A stretch of 56,291 nt of DNA, filler included, from Bipalium vagum (Eukaryota), in the NCBI GenBank assembly GCA_037834085.1. It is 3 parts of 3 records of this genome, joined end to end, with 100 filler letters (N's around TTAATTAATTAA, not from the genome) between each part and the next. Parts side by side here need not be neighbours in the genome. Positions count along the whole stretch, not along the records: positions 39,238 to 56,291 come from JBBMKC010080710.1; 2 more parts are not named here. The stretch is one strand, 5' to 3'. Position numbers and translations under genes: made by a program. The notes below the pieces were generated by a model. That model was given only the letters and a program-made list of their open reading frames with translations, was not told where the DNA came from and made no database searches. Numbering within the stretch: the stretch's first letter is position 1; each line of letters begins with the position of its first letter. Below are positions 45,887 to 56,291 of the stretch, in pieces.

Positions 45887-48800
45887 TCAATTTTTAGCAT
45901 ATTTTTTATATTTTTGACAAGTTCTGGTTTTTAATAAATAACAGTTTTGTGAGAAAAATGTTGTTTTTGTTAAATATGAAACGTTGGGTATCAAATAATC
46001 ATAAAATGGTTTTTTTTTCATATTGTTATATAAGTTTCATTTCATCATAAATTACAAGTATTAAGTGCACAGGTAGGACTTCACTGTTTGAAAATCATGT
46101 ATGTAATTTTAGAAAAAAAGTTTTATAGATACAGGAGTTGAAAAGTTGATTAACCTGGAGAATTCGAGCGTAGAAAATCTTGTATATAGTCAACAAACAA
46201 AACGCAATTTGCATATAATAGATGTCAGTGTATGTATGAATCGAAAAGATATTCTGTTCTATAAACTACCGAACCCAGAAGGTTCTAATAATTATTATGA
46301 ACATTAACTAATATAAGTTAATCATAAACTCAGTCTACGGCCTGAGTAGGCTGCCAAGATGGTAAAGTGATATTGTTTCATGAAGTGCTAAAAGGCTTAA
46401 GATAGAATGTGTTATGCACCCAATATACTCACCAAACATTACTTTGTACGATTATTATGGGGATGATATATGTCCGGCTAGATGTCAAAGATTGGTTTGA
46501 CAACTAAATTGATTCTAAAAAGAAATCAAATTTTCTTTGCTGTGATTCGAAAATTTCCAAAAAAAAATTGAAAATATTTTAAATAAAATTTTACTTTGAG
46601 TTTTCTTAATATCTTTGAATTTATGAAGCGTAAAAGTGGAGGCATCATAAAGTTCATCTATAAGTTGTACTCGAAAAATTGTAAAAGAGATCTAAGTAAA
46701 CGAATAAAAGAAATAAATATTTATCTTAGATCTGTAAGAATTCGTTTATATTTTTCGGTTTTTGTCTAATAAATATTATATATATACATCGCTATTTGTA
46801 GAATGTCCCTGTACTGCCTTCTCTAAGTATTGGTGAATAAAATTCCAAGTTTTAATTTATTAAAAATAATATTGAAATTAAAATAAGTATAATTGGTAAC
46901 AAAATCATAAAATAATAATAAATAAAAAAGTCTGTGACTTAATTTAGTAAGAACTTATTCCATTGGAATCTAAGTTGTTGATGAATCATCATTCCACATT
47001 ATTATGCCAGACAAAAATCATTCCACTATCCCAAATACTTAAAAGAACATTGAAATTTAGTAATTAAGCAGATAGGGCCTAATAAAAGTGCAAATTTTCT
47101 TTTCTACTATTTTTCTTCCTGTCCAATTAAGTTGCAGAGTATTTCTAAAATCTCATCTTAAATGAAATGAAGATTTATTTCTATTAAAAATAATTATTTT
47201 ATTATTTTTATTACCTAAAAATGTTTAACAATAACATTTAATTAGACGAAAAAATAATGTTACATTCATAAATCATGAAAATGTAACGATCAATCCTAAT
47301 TATAATGTCATTTCAATGACTAAGTGATAGTAATCACATTGCACATGACGCTAATTTGGGATAAAAATCATTCTGATAACTAATTGGGGAAATATTTTTC
47401 TTTACTAAGCCCTTATGTCTATAGATGTTCTTCTATTACCGTATTTTAGATAATATTGAGTGTCGCTAAATTTTGTTTAAATTTAATTAAATAAATTTTA
47501 AATAATTTTTTAACAGTTTCTCAATTCGCAAAAACTTATAAAAATTCCACATTTCGTCATTACAAGAATTTTATGGTACAAAATAAAGGACAAATAAAAT
47601 TGGAAACCTAGTTAATAGTTTCAGTGGAATAAGATAATATTAAATAATTAATAATTTTTTTTAATAATTAAAACCAATCTTAGACCTCGCTTACAATTTC
47701 ACAATAAAGATAACATTTCCATTCAATGATGAATCATTAATAAGGAAGGAAAATATGTCGATTAATATCATCGCACGGGATTTGATATTTATGCAATTTT
47801 AGGGAAATCAACATTGTCTTAAAGGGAAAACTTTTTTTATTGACGTATCGAAAATATTTTTGAAAATTGTTCTAGTTATAAAATATAATAAATAATAATA
47901 TAAAAAAATAAAAATGAGAATTTTATGTAAAAATATCTTTTGAAATGATGCCTAATATTTCATTTAAAATTGAGATTTTCTCAACCCAATTTCAAGAAAT
48001 GATAATTATTTATTAAAACTTGTCAGCAGCCAATATCACTTAACTATTAGTCAATGTTTGAAAATAAAACTTTTTAATAAATTAAAAAAATTATCTAAGA
48101 CTTCTAAAATAGAAAAGGAAATCCACAAGAAGCCTGGAATCCCATAAACAGAAAAAATCCTATCAGATATTGAAAAGAGAGTATGGATAAAATGAAATCT
48201 AGTATCTGCAATGAAAGCCAACAAAATTGTCTGCCAACTTCAAGAAAAAATTATATCGAAATGTAGAAAACTATAAACAGGAAAAAAATAAGAAAATCAT
48301 ATCATATATCACGAAATAGATAAATATAAAAAAATTATTTGTATTGTGATATTATTTTTATAAAATATTTTTTTAATAAAATTTCATACTAATTCCGATC
48401 GCGATAAATAATGACCCTCGGGTCCCGTTATTCCAGCAGCTAATAGTTGGTGTTCAAGTATAGATATCATGTCGTCATTTTCTGCGTGAATATTAGGAAG
48501 AACTGAGTTATCTCTGCACCAACATAGGGCATCATATAAATCATCGTCATTGATTTTAACATAATGAGATCCTTTATTAATTGTTGATAGTCGAACAAGG
48601 GGCAATACAAAGCCCGATTCTAAAAGCTCTTTGAATTCTGATTTTGTTGTTTCAGATAAATTTGGTAAGCAAACTTGAAAAGCAAGATTGCAAACAATAT
48701 CTTTTGCAGCAATATCCTTTTCAGTTTCATATTTTTCTTTTAATGACTGATCTGCCACCAACTCCAAACAATTGACTTAAATATGATCAATAACAATATT

Positions 48801-49301
48801 ACGAAGATTCAATATAAAGGACTCACCTACAGTTGTATTGCCACCATAAACAGCAGCTCTTGTTCCAGTGAAGTAATCTTCTGGACTCTTGAAACCTCCT
48901 CTTTCAGCGAAAAAATATGTTTCCAAATCGACACCACCTGTTTTTAATTAATTGATAATTAAATATTATTTATTTATTCATAATGCGCGTGAAACTAATC
49001 GTTTTAAATCTACTTTAATCTTATTTACTATATAATGAACTCAATTACCAGGCATGACAAAGCATCCAGTGGCATCAATACATTGTGCAGAAACATCTTC
49101 AATATTATTTTCAACTTTTACTACTTTTCCATCTTCTATCAAAACGTCAGCTTCTAATATATAATCATGATTAATCACTGTTCCAAATTTTATGAGAATT
49201 TTTTTCTGAGTCTGTAAAGCAATATAAATTTATAAAACAATAAAATTTTTGATTGCTATTTAATTTCAAGTTTAATACAAAAAATAACCTACTTCAGACA
49301 T
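40370..49301 (-). CDS. Dihydropyrimidinase-related (CRMP/UNC-33-like) protein, 564 aa, 7 exons, predicted non-catalytic
   Basis: Exons 49301-49293, 49211-49049, 48937-48827, 48775-48390, 44846-44415, 41006-40505 and 40461-40370 join in frame (1695 nt). Motifs: IDATGCFVMPGGVD, GTRAAVYGGNTT, HAEN, GITGPEGHYLSR, IPGTNGVQYRMKILWDKAV, NLYPQKGSISIGSDADIVIW, REPYEGPV, C-terminal QPPGG. Confidence 0.92.
41633..42490 (-). mobile_element. Mariner (DD34D) element, internally deleted, 858 bp, in intron 5 of the CRMP-like gene
   Basis: TA target duplication on both sides. TIRs start TCAGGTAACGAACTAAGTTT and are perfect over the terminal 20 bp. Motifs DEKWIYHNN, QDNA and HPPYSPNIAPSDFYLF with exactly 34 positions between D2 and D3. 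It has a stop and frameshifts, and the HTH region is missing. Confidence 0.93.
45831..45886. repeat. (ATA)n microsatellite, about 18 units
   Basis: Uninterrupted ataataata... tract of 56 nt. Confidence 0.95.
46330..46560 (+). mobile_element. Highly decayed mariner remnant
   Basis: RPE*...GKVILFH...MHPIYSPNITLYDYY. Confidence 0.45.
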
Positions 49302-49587
49302 TAACAAATTTTAATCAATAATTTTGTTTATAAAGTTACAATTATTGACATATCTCTTTTAATCACCAGTTTCCTTCGTTTCTATTGGACGTACATGTAT
49401 TATCAGTTTATTCTCATTAATTCTTTGTCTTTGTTTTCAAAATTTTCTTAATTAACTTATATATCTATATATATTTAATTTTTTAAAAGTTGAGTATCAT
49501 TTTTTTCATTATAACAAAATAAAATAATGTCCTTTAAAATTCTTATTAAAAACAGAACAAATTTGTAGCCAATTGTTTAAATAAGCT

Positions 49588-50878
49588 ATGGTAACCGTGA
49601 AATTTAATTTTGATTAAATTAATAATATTTTAGAAATATATTTATTATTCATTTGGATATTTAAATGATAATACACTCAATGTAAATCATAAAAATAGTT
49701 TCAAGTATTTGGAACATAATATATTGTCCGCTGATATAATCTGTACTATATTCAAAGAAGGTATTTAGTTTTATGATTTAATGATTTATCAAATTAAATG
49801 TTAGATAAAGGATTAAAAATTAGGCTACGTGACACTCCATTTTTCATAGAAGATGAGATTGTCAATGCTTCTCTTAATTTTAATTATATATGTTTAATAA
49901 ATTTAAATCACGATGGTATGATAATAAACAAAAATGATATTGCTGACAAAGAAAAGTTCATAAAGCTAACTGGAAAATGGAAGGAGATTTTGTGCTTCTC
50001 CAATCGATATTTTATTGGAGTATCAAGTGAGATGACCATTTTATTTTTCTGCCAATAATCAACGCTTTTAGAAATGCATGATTTATTTTATATTAATCTT
50101 GACAATCCACGAATTCTTCGAATGGAATTCTTTAAATCTAATTTAAAAATTGACAGCGTTGCCTGTGGATCTGATCACGTATTGATTTTGTCAACATATC
50201 CAGGTCGCGTGTTCTCAAAGGGACTTGGAAGGTGTGATTTAATTTTTAATAAATAAATTCATTTTATCATTAATTTGTGAATGTTCCTTAGTCGCGGTCA
50301 GTTAGGCCATGGCGACTTAGAGGATTGTCAAGAATTCCGAGAGATTTCCGGTCTCGGTACTGTCGTTAATAAGATCGCTTGTGGTTTCTGGCACTCCGTA
50401 TGCCTAACAGAGGCCGGCGATGTATACAGCTTCGGCTGGAATCAGAACGGGCAGCTTGGGGTTCCGTGCTTCACTAACATGTCGGTCCTGAAAAGTTATT
50501 TCACCAATCCCCAAGATCTGGAACCCCCGTTCACAGTTCACTCCAAACCCGTTTTGGTACAGTTCCCGTTAGACGATTGGTCAATTGTAGACGTAAGTAT
50601 ATTTGTTTTTTACTCCTCCGGTCCTTTCCATAAATAGATATATTTTTTAATTTTATTCTTTTCTAAAGGTTAGGTGTGGTGCTCGTCATACGGCTTGCTT
50701 GAATGACGATGGACGCGTGTTCTGTTTCGGCTGGGGAGGCCAGGGTCAGCTTGGCAGAGATGATGGTCAATCGTACGATTTTCCCATTTTTCTGGATGGG
50801 TTTGTGGCTTCGGCAATCAACTGTACACATTGGGGAACAATTTTGACAGTTCCTGCTCACCCAGATGCAATTTTCTAG
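49588..50878 (+). CDS. RCCD1: RCC1 domain-containing protein 1-like, 340 aa, 6 exons
   Basis: Exons 49588-49590 (ATG only), 49634-49760, 49805-50026, 50072-50231, 50292-50592 and 50669-50878 join in frame (1023 nt). RCC1 repeats: VACGSDH...GLGSRGQLGHG, IACGFWHS...FGWNQNGQLG, VRCGARHT...FGWGGQGQLG, terminal INCTHWGT. The 5' exons are less certain. Confidence 0.85.
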
Positions 50879-51639
50879 TTTCTTTCTGTGAAGTACTGTT
50901 AATCAATATTATTGTGAACAAGACGCTCTCTAGAATTAAGAATTAAAATGTCGTAATTGTAAATAAATTTTTTTATTGAACATTCTGTATCTTATAGATT
51001 TTCGTTAAAAATAATGAAATGAGAAAATGCGAAACTTAACTTCCCTTCAGCCAGACTAAATTTCTTGGTAGCAATACACAATCCGAATTAACTTTTTTTG
51101 TAGTTTTTGAATTTTTATATAAATAATAGTTGCTATCCAGTTCTCAGCAGTCTCTATGTGACTATTTCCATCTTTCACTGTCGTTTTTTAAACAATCAGA
51201 GCGAAAGAGTCAGTTCTTTTGGTATCCTTTACATCCAATTAAGTCAACAAACGATTTATTTAGATTTTTATAAAGAGGAAAATACATTTACAGAAATTTA
51301 GTAAAGCTTAAAAATGAATATTAATTAAGTCTTGTTGGTTTGTTTAAATTCATTAAGCATATTAACAATCACTAACACCAAATTTCAAAAATATAAATAT
51401 TTAGTTTTGTTGAATATTAAGTTTCAATTGGCAAATAGGTTTACCAAGTTATTTTCGAAAAATAATTTTAATTTTGAGATCGTCTATAAAGTAAGTCCGG
51501 ATTACAACTAAATATTTCTGTCTTATTAAAAGTAATATGACGTCTTTTTTATTTTCATTTGTTGCAGCATAATATGGAATTTTAATATCGACAATCAATA
51601 GTAATTTTATTCTTTATTTTAGAAATGAGCCACTTAAAT

Positions 51640-52180
51640 GTTATTTTCCTCAATTCCTTGTCTGTCTGCTTTTTCTTTTAATTTTTTTATTAAAACATCT
51701 CACTTTTTGTGTTTGGGCTCTTCTTTCTCTGTCAACAAAATGGTACTTGTGAACAACAGATTCATGTGTATATTCTAAATCTGTTATATTAAAACTAATA
51801 GATGTCCTTCATCTGTTGACTTAAATCTTTGGATTTATTTTAGTCACATCACACTGCACTATTGTTCCTGAATTAGATTGCTTATCAAATATTTTTTAAA
51901 AATTTTATTTAAAACTTTCTTAATCTAATATACACTGGAGCATTGTCTCCTTACAAGTAAAAAAATTTTTTCAGATCTTATTAATTGCTTATTGGTAATC
52001 CACTGAAAGAAATCAATATCTTTAAATAAACACAACATATCTAAAATAAAAAAATCCAAAAACCAGTCACCTGGTGTCACTTTCACCATTTTAAAGGACA
52101 TTGTTTCCTTACAAGGAAAACAAAATGCTAAATCTTATTAATTGTTTTTCGGTAAGCCAGTTAAAGAAATTTAAATAAAT
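51640..52180 (-). mobile_element. Merlin (IS1016/ISXO2-like) transposase remnant
   Basis: Minus strand reads GTIVQCDVTKINPKI*VNR*R (decayed G.IVQIDETK.N....NRGR) and YTHESVVHKYHFVDRERRAQTQKVRCFN (H..V.H...FVD..TG.HTQ.VES.N). The N-terminal segment is duplicated and there are large internal deletions. Confidence 0.6.
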
Positions 52181-52329
52181 AAAATGTAAATACCTTTATG
52201 TAACCAATTAAATCTTACAATCACTTTATGTTAGCTATTAAATCTGACACTCGTGATTTAATAGATCCAGAATGTTTTATAAATAATTAATTGTGAGTTT
52301 GAATGAATTGACGAAGCTAGATGAAAAGT

Positions 52330-52900
52330 CCATCTTCAAGATCGAACATTCTGCAGACTAAAAAGTATTCTAACAGATAAAGGGAAGAATTTTGAAAGTT
52401 AATGGTTTCAGTAAAAATGGAATGAGCCGGAAATTAAGTATGGGTTTAGTTTACCCTATTAACATCAATCAAATAGATTAGTAAAAAGAGTGATAGGACG
52501 ATCCGGTCATGATCCCACTTCGTTAAAGAGAGGATGTACGAAAAAACTGAAAAAAAAGCTCTCTCCTTTTGAAACCGCTTTGAGTTATATCTAGGTTTAC
52601 ATGCCAGTGTAAAGGATCACAAGTATCAGGATACTGAAATTGTCAGGCAAGCCAGAAGGATCTTGGAGATGGCGCCAGAAAAAATTAGTAAGTTCGAGAA
52701 AGTTAAGAAGTCACAGAGAATTTGAAACTGAAAAAGTATTATACAGAAAAGAATCTCAGAATTGAAAGAAGAACGATATCCAATATGAGGGCTCTTACCA
52801 AATCCGAAAATTTATATCTCCACATCAGATCGAATTGATGAGTCCTGACGGAACGAAAACAAGAAGAAATGGAATGACACCAATTATTAGTGAAGGAAGA
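52330..52900 (+). mobile_element. Gypsy integrase 3' remnant with possible polypurine tract
   Basis: PY*HQSNRLVKRVI (decayed PY.HQSNGLVER), YEG.Y...ISPHQIEL...KTRR, ending in purine-rich GAAGGAAGAG at about 52892-52901. Confidence 0.5.
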
Positions 52901-53019
52901 GTTGAAATTTGCTAATACTTTTGTTTAATTAAATACTTTATTGAGCTGTAATCTATTTATTAATGAATATTAAGGAAGATCTATCTATTAGTTTTTAATT
53001 ATTATTATTCTATATACAA

Positions 53020-56000
53020 AATTTTATTTCAAAAACAAATTTACATGCTAGATAAATACAATTAAGATCTTTATACAAGATAATAACACCGAATATGGTT
53101 AAGTATCACATAGTTATTGCTACAATCAATAGTTCATAATAGATCTTCATCACAATTGTCTGATGGAGAGCTGTCTTCATTGTCATCGGCGTGGTCGATC
53201 ATCATGTTATCAGGTATTTTATCGGCATTCGAAGCAACCATTCTTGACATTGACCTATCTCGATGAAAGGCTCATTATGCGGTGCTCCATTTAATATTTG
53301 AAGAGACAAAGAATGAGGCATTTGTATTGATGATTTTCTTCGTCAGCTCCAGTTTTGATAGTAAAGTGTTATTCCTCTTTGGACATGACTCTAAGCAACC
53401 AACGATAAAGGTGTCTAGTTCAACGATCCATCCTGGAAGTGCTTTATGAGTTTTTTTCGTTAGATCGTCTTAGTGAGCCAGGTTCTGATAATGTTTCCAA
53501 TACATGTTCTTTTATGTATCAAATGGGCATTTGACATCGATTAAAAATAGTTTTTTTGATTTCGTGAATTCAATTTGCAGGTCAATGCGCAGTGTTGATT
53601 GAATGTATTGACTCTCAACATTGATATATACTTTTGCCTCTGTGTAAGATAAAAGTTGTTGAGCTAGATTATCTTGAATTGAATTGTGAAGAGAGAAAAT
53701 AAATATTCTTGAAGGTACACATCCAAGGAGAACATGTGCTAGTGATTCTTCTGATTCTGATCATCTGCGACATCCTCTGTTTGCGCTTCCATGCCTTGCA
53801 TTTATTTGGATAGAGTATGATCGTGCTCGATGAATAAAATACCAGGCTGAGATAGATATTTTCCCCTGAAATATTGGTGTTGTTGACAGCTTTGAAGACC
53901 CAATACTCGTGGCAAATCTCCCAGCACTTTGTTGACCACTCCATTTGTGGTTCCACGAGTTTTGTACCAGTGTATGAAATGTATTTTGATACGCATTTTG
54001 AATCTTCAGGATTGATTAGACCTTCACGTTTCGTTTCTTGTTCAAGGCATTGAGCAAATTTGAGACAAATGCCTTTTTCATTTTTTATGAATGATAAAGT
54101 GATAGAATGCCTATTTTTCAATTGGAAGACAGCAGCTCTAATTTTTGTCCACCAGCACTTCAGTTGACAATGTTTATCGCCTTTATTTAGCCATGTAAGA
54201 GCATCCTCAGTTGAGCACAATCTAGAACCTGTTGAGATTTTGGTCTAATTACAAAGAGAAGAAATAGAAATATTTGCAGTGATGTCATCAACAGAGTACA
54301 GTAATTGAAAGCCTTGTGTCAGTGATTGTATATAATATTCATCTAAGATTGAGACCAGACCAACCCCTCCGACCTTTCGAGAAGAATACAAGTATTTAAT
54401 AGATGACCACCAAGGCCAAGAATTGATTCACAGAAATCTATACCGAGATATTTATATGACTGATTTATGAAAAGTGTATCAATTGGAGTAGACTCTATTG
54501 TTAACAGAAATTGTGTTCCATCTCTTGTTGGAACTTTCAGATGTGCACATTTTGATGGTCGAAATTTCAGGTGAAGCCATGAGGAAATTTCCATCGCTCG
54601 GTCTATTAGTCTTTGCATAAAAGGTTGAGTTGTGCTTAGAAGGACAAGATCATCTGCATAAGCCAAACAACTCAATCTAAATTCATTTATCATAGTTCCA
54701 CCACAAAGTACTTTGTCTAAGCCATTCAGTATTGGATTTATATCAATGTTGGACAGAAGCATAGGAAGTGGGCAACCTTTTCGAACTCCTATATTGATAG
54801 TGATGGGATTTGTAATAATATTACCGCAGGCAAAGTATGATTGACAATAATGGTAGAGATTTTCAATCAATTTACAAGATTTGGGCCCCATTCCCATTCG
54901 AGAAAGACATTCGATGATGTATTTGGTACTAATATTACCGAAAGTGTCTGCTACGTCTAAAAATGTCATGTGCAATGGCGTGTTGAGTAATCTTCTATGG
55001 CGGTCATTTTGTGAACGAAGTACAAAATTGCGTTCTGCGCAACCATTAAATGGACCGAGACTTTTTTGCATTGGATGCAGCAGGTTATTTTCGGTGAGCC
55101 AGCCCGAGATTTGACGACAAAGAGCAGAAGCAAAAATTTTGTAGGAGTATTCTAGAGAAGCTATTGGACGCCATGAGTTTCTGTCATCATATTGACTCTT
55201 CTTCATTGGTTTGGGAATAAGTTTTGTTCGGAAAGATTTCCATCGTTTAGGAATTTTGTGATTTGCCATGATGCTGTTTAGTAAGATGAAGTTTGTAGAT
55301 TGGATCACAGGATTTTATATCTGAATAAGATATATTACTCAGACCTGGTGCGGTATTCTTAACACCTTTCATTATCCTATGAATTTCATAAGATGAGAGT
55401 AGATACAAGTCAAAGTTTTATTAGATTTTTGAGATCTGTATGATGCCAGTCAACTGGAGGTGGAGAGATTAACTTTTTATTATAGTAATCGTAGATGTTT
55501 TGTATAGATGGATTGCGGTCAGCTACTATTTTGTCAATTATTATTTGGAAGGCACTCGCAATTTGTATAAGAAGACTTTTCGAAGATTGTAATCTGTTAC
55601 AGGTCTTTTTTGATTGTCCCAGAAACAATCGTTTTTCCTTTATTGGACGCATCTCGTATATAAATTGTACAATTTTATAATAAGCTTCATCGTTTGATCA
55701 TTTTAATTTTTTAATGTTATCCAGGACTTTAGCAGCGAGCTGTACTCTGTAAATGTACGTATTTTGTACCTTTACATGTGAACGTATGAGTCTTAATCTA
55801 ATATCTTTTATTTGCTTGCTTATGAGCTGTGTCGTGCTTACTTTGATTTTATTGGTGTTAATTAAATTTAATGATTTAATGTTAAAAATTGAGTAAATAT
55901 ATCCAAATATTAGAGGACCGCTTTCGGATGGAGATCTCATTTTTTGAATTGGTCCTTTTTTGGTTATTTTAAAAACGGTTTGTCCAAGAAGGAAGTATGT

Positions 56001-56190
56001 CACAAAAGTGGAGATAATTTTTAAAAGTTCACTCCTTTCGTCGCAATGAGGATCTGGATCCAGACAGTATATTGATTCAATAAAAACATCGCAGACGAAA
56101 AGAACCCAATAATTTCTTAATGTGTTAAAGTATGGAAGATCATGGTTTTGTCTTTAACCCTAAAGCACAAAACAGAGCCTACCAGTCTCT
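53020..56190 (-). mobile_element. Degenerate NeSL-clade RLE non-LTR retrotransposon (Ulp1-like protease - RT - CCHC - PD-(D/E)xK endonuclease)
   Basis: RT motifs TAPG, LIPKP, WRPIA, FLDVADTFG, GVRKGCPL, LAYADDLVLL, KFRPSKC, YKYLG. Then FIHRAR...CRR*...ESLAHVLLGC...HNSI (CCHC knuckle) and LRIDL...LIDVKCPF...FIVGCL (REL endonuclease). A C48-like block lies at 55890-56120, and a minus-strand AATAAA at about 53023-53028. It has frameshifts, stops and a deletion after YKYLG. Confidence 0.9.
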
Positions 56191-56291
56191 TTTTAAAATT
56201 AAAATGCTTTTAACTTTTTAAATATTTATCCATTCTTTATAAAATTTTCTGTATTTGTCCATTTGGATACTAATAATATAAAATAAAAAAA

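Noticed and set aside
52835-52860. Hammerhead-ribozyme-like string TTGATGA-GTCC-TGAC-GGAAC-GAAAAC
   Set aside because: The core begins with T rather than C, stem II is bulged, and no stem I/III or NUH partner is present. The stretch is explained as gypsy integrase coding sequence (ELMSPDGTK).

Overview
This is very AT-rich eukaryotic (animal) genomic DNA, not prokaryotic. The 43-80 nt introns mixed with kb-long TE-filled introns, the gene set and the TE families suggest a free-living flatworm (planarian); this is an inference. Two identical 100-nt spacers (44 N + TTAATTAATTAA + 44 N, at 22786-22885 and 39138-39237) join three contigs. Genes reconstructed by hand from GT-AG sites: an intronless integrin alpha (-), the 3' part of a FoxK gene (-), the 3' part of VPS13D (+), a divergent CAF1/CNOT7-type deadenylase (+), a CRMP-like dihydropyrimidinase homolog lacking 5 of 6 metal ligands (-), and an RCCD1-like gene (+) head-to-head with it. 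The rest is decayed mobile DNA: Ty3/gypsy, mariner (DD34D), Tc1 (DD34E), maT-type (DD37D), Merlin, a pogo/Tigger end, a MITE and two NeSL-clade RLE non-LTR retrotransposons. I found no convincing wholly new system. The best leads are (1) a NeSL element carrying a Ulp1/C48 protease domain with both catalytic residues changed, (2) the CRMP-like pseudoenzyme, (3) the single-exon integrin alpha, (4) an in-frame DNA-transposon/retrotransposon chimera and (5) a gypsy element whose gag ATG straddles the LTR/PBS boundary. All alignments were done by eye from memory of family motifs.
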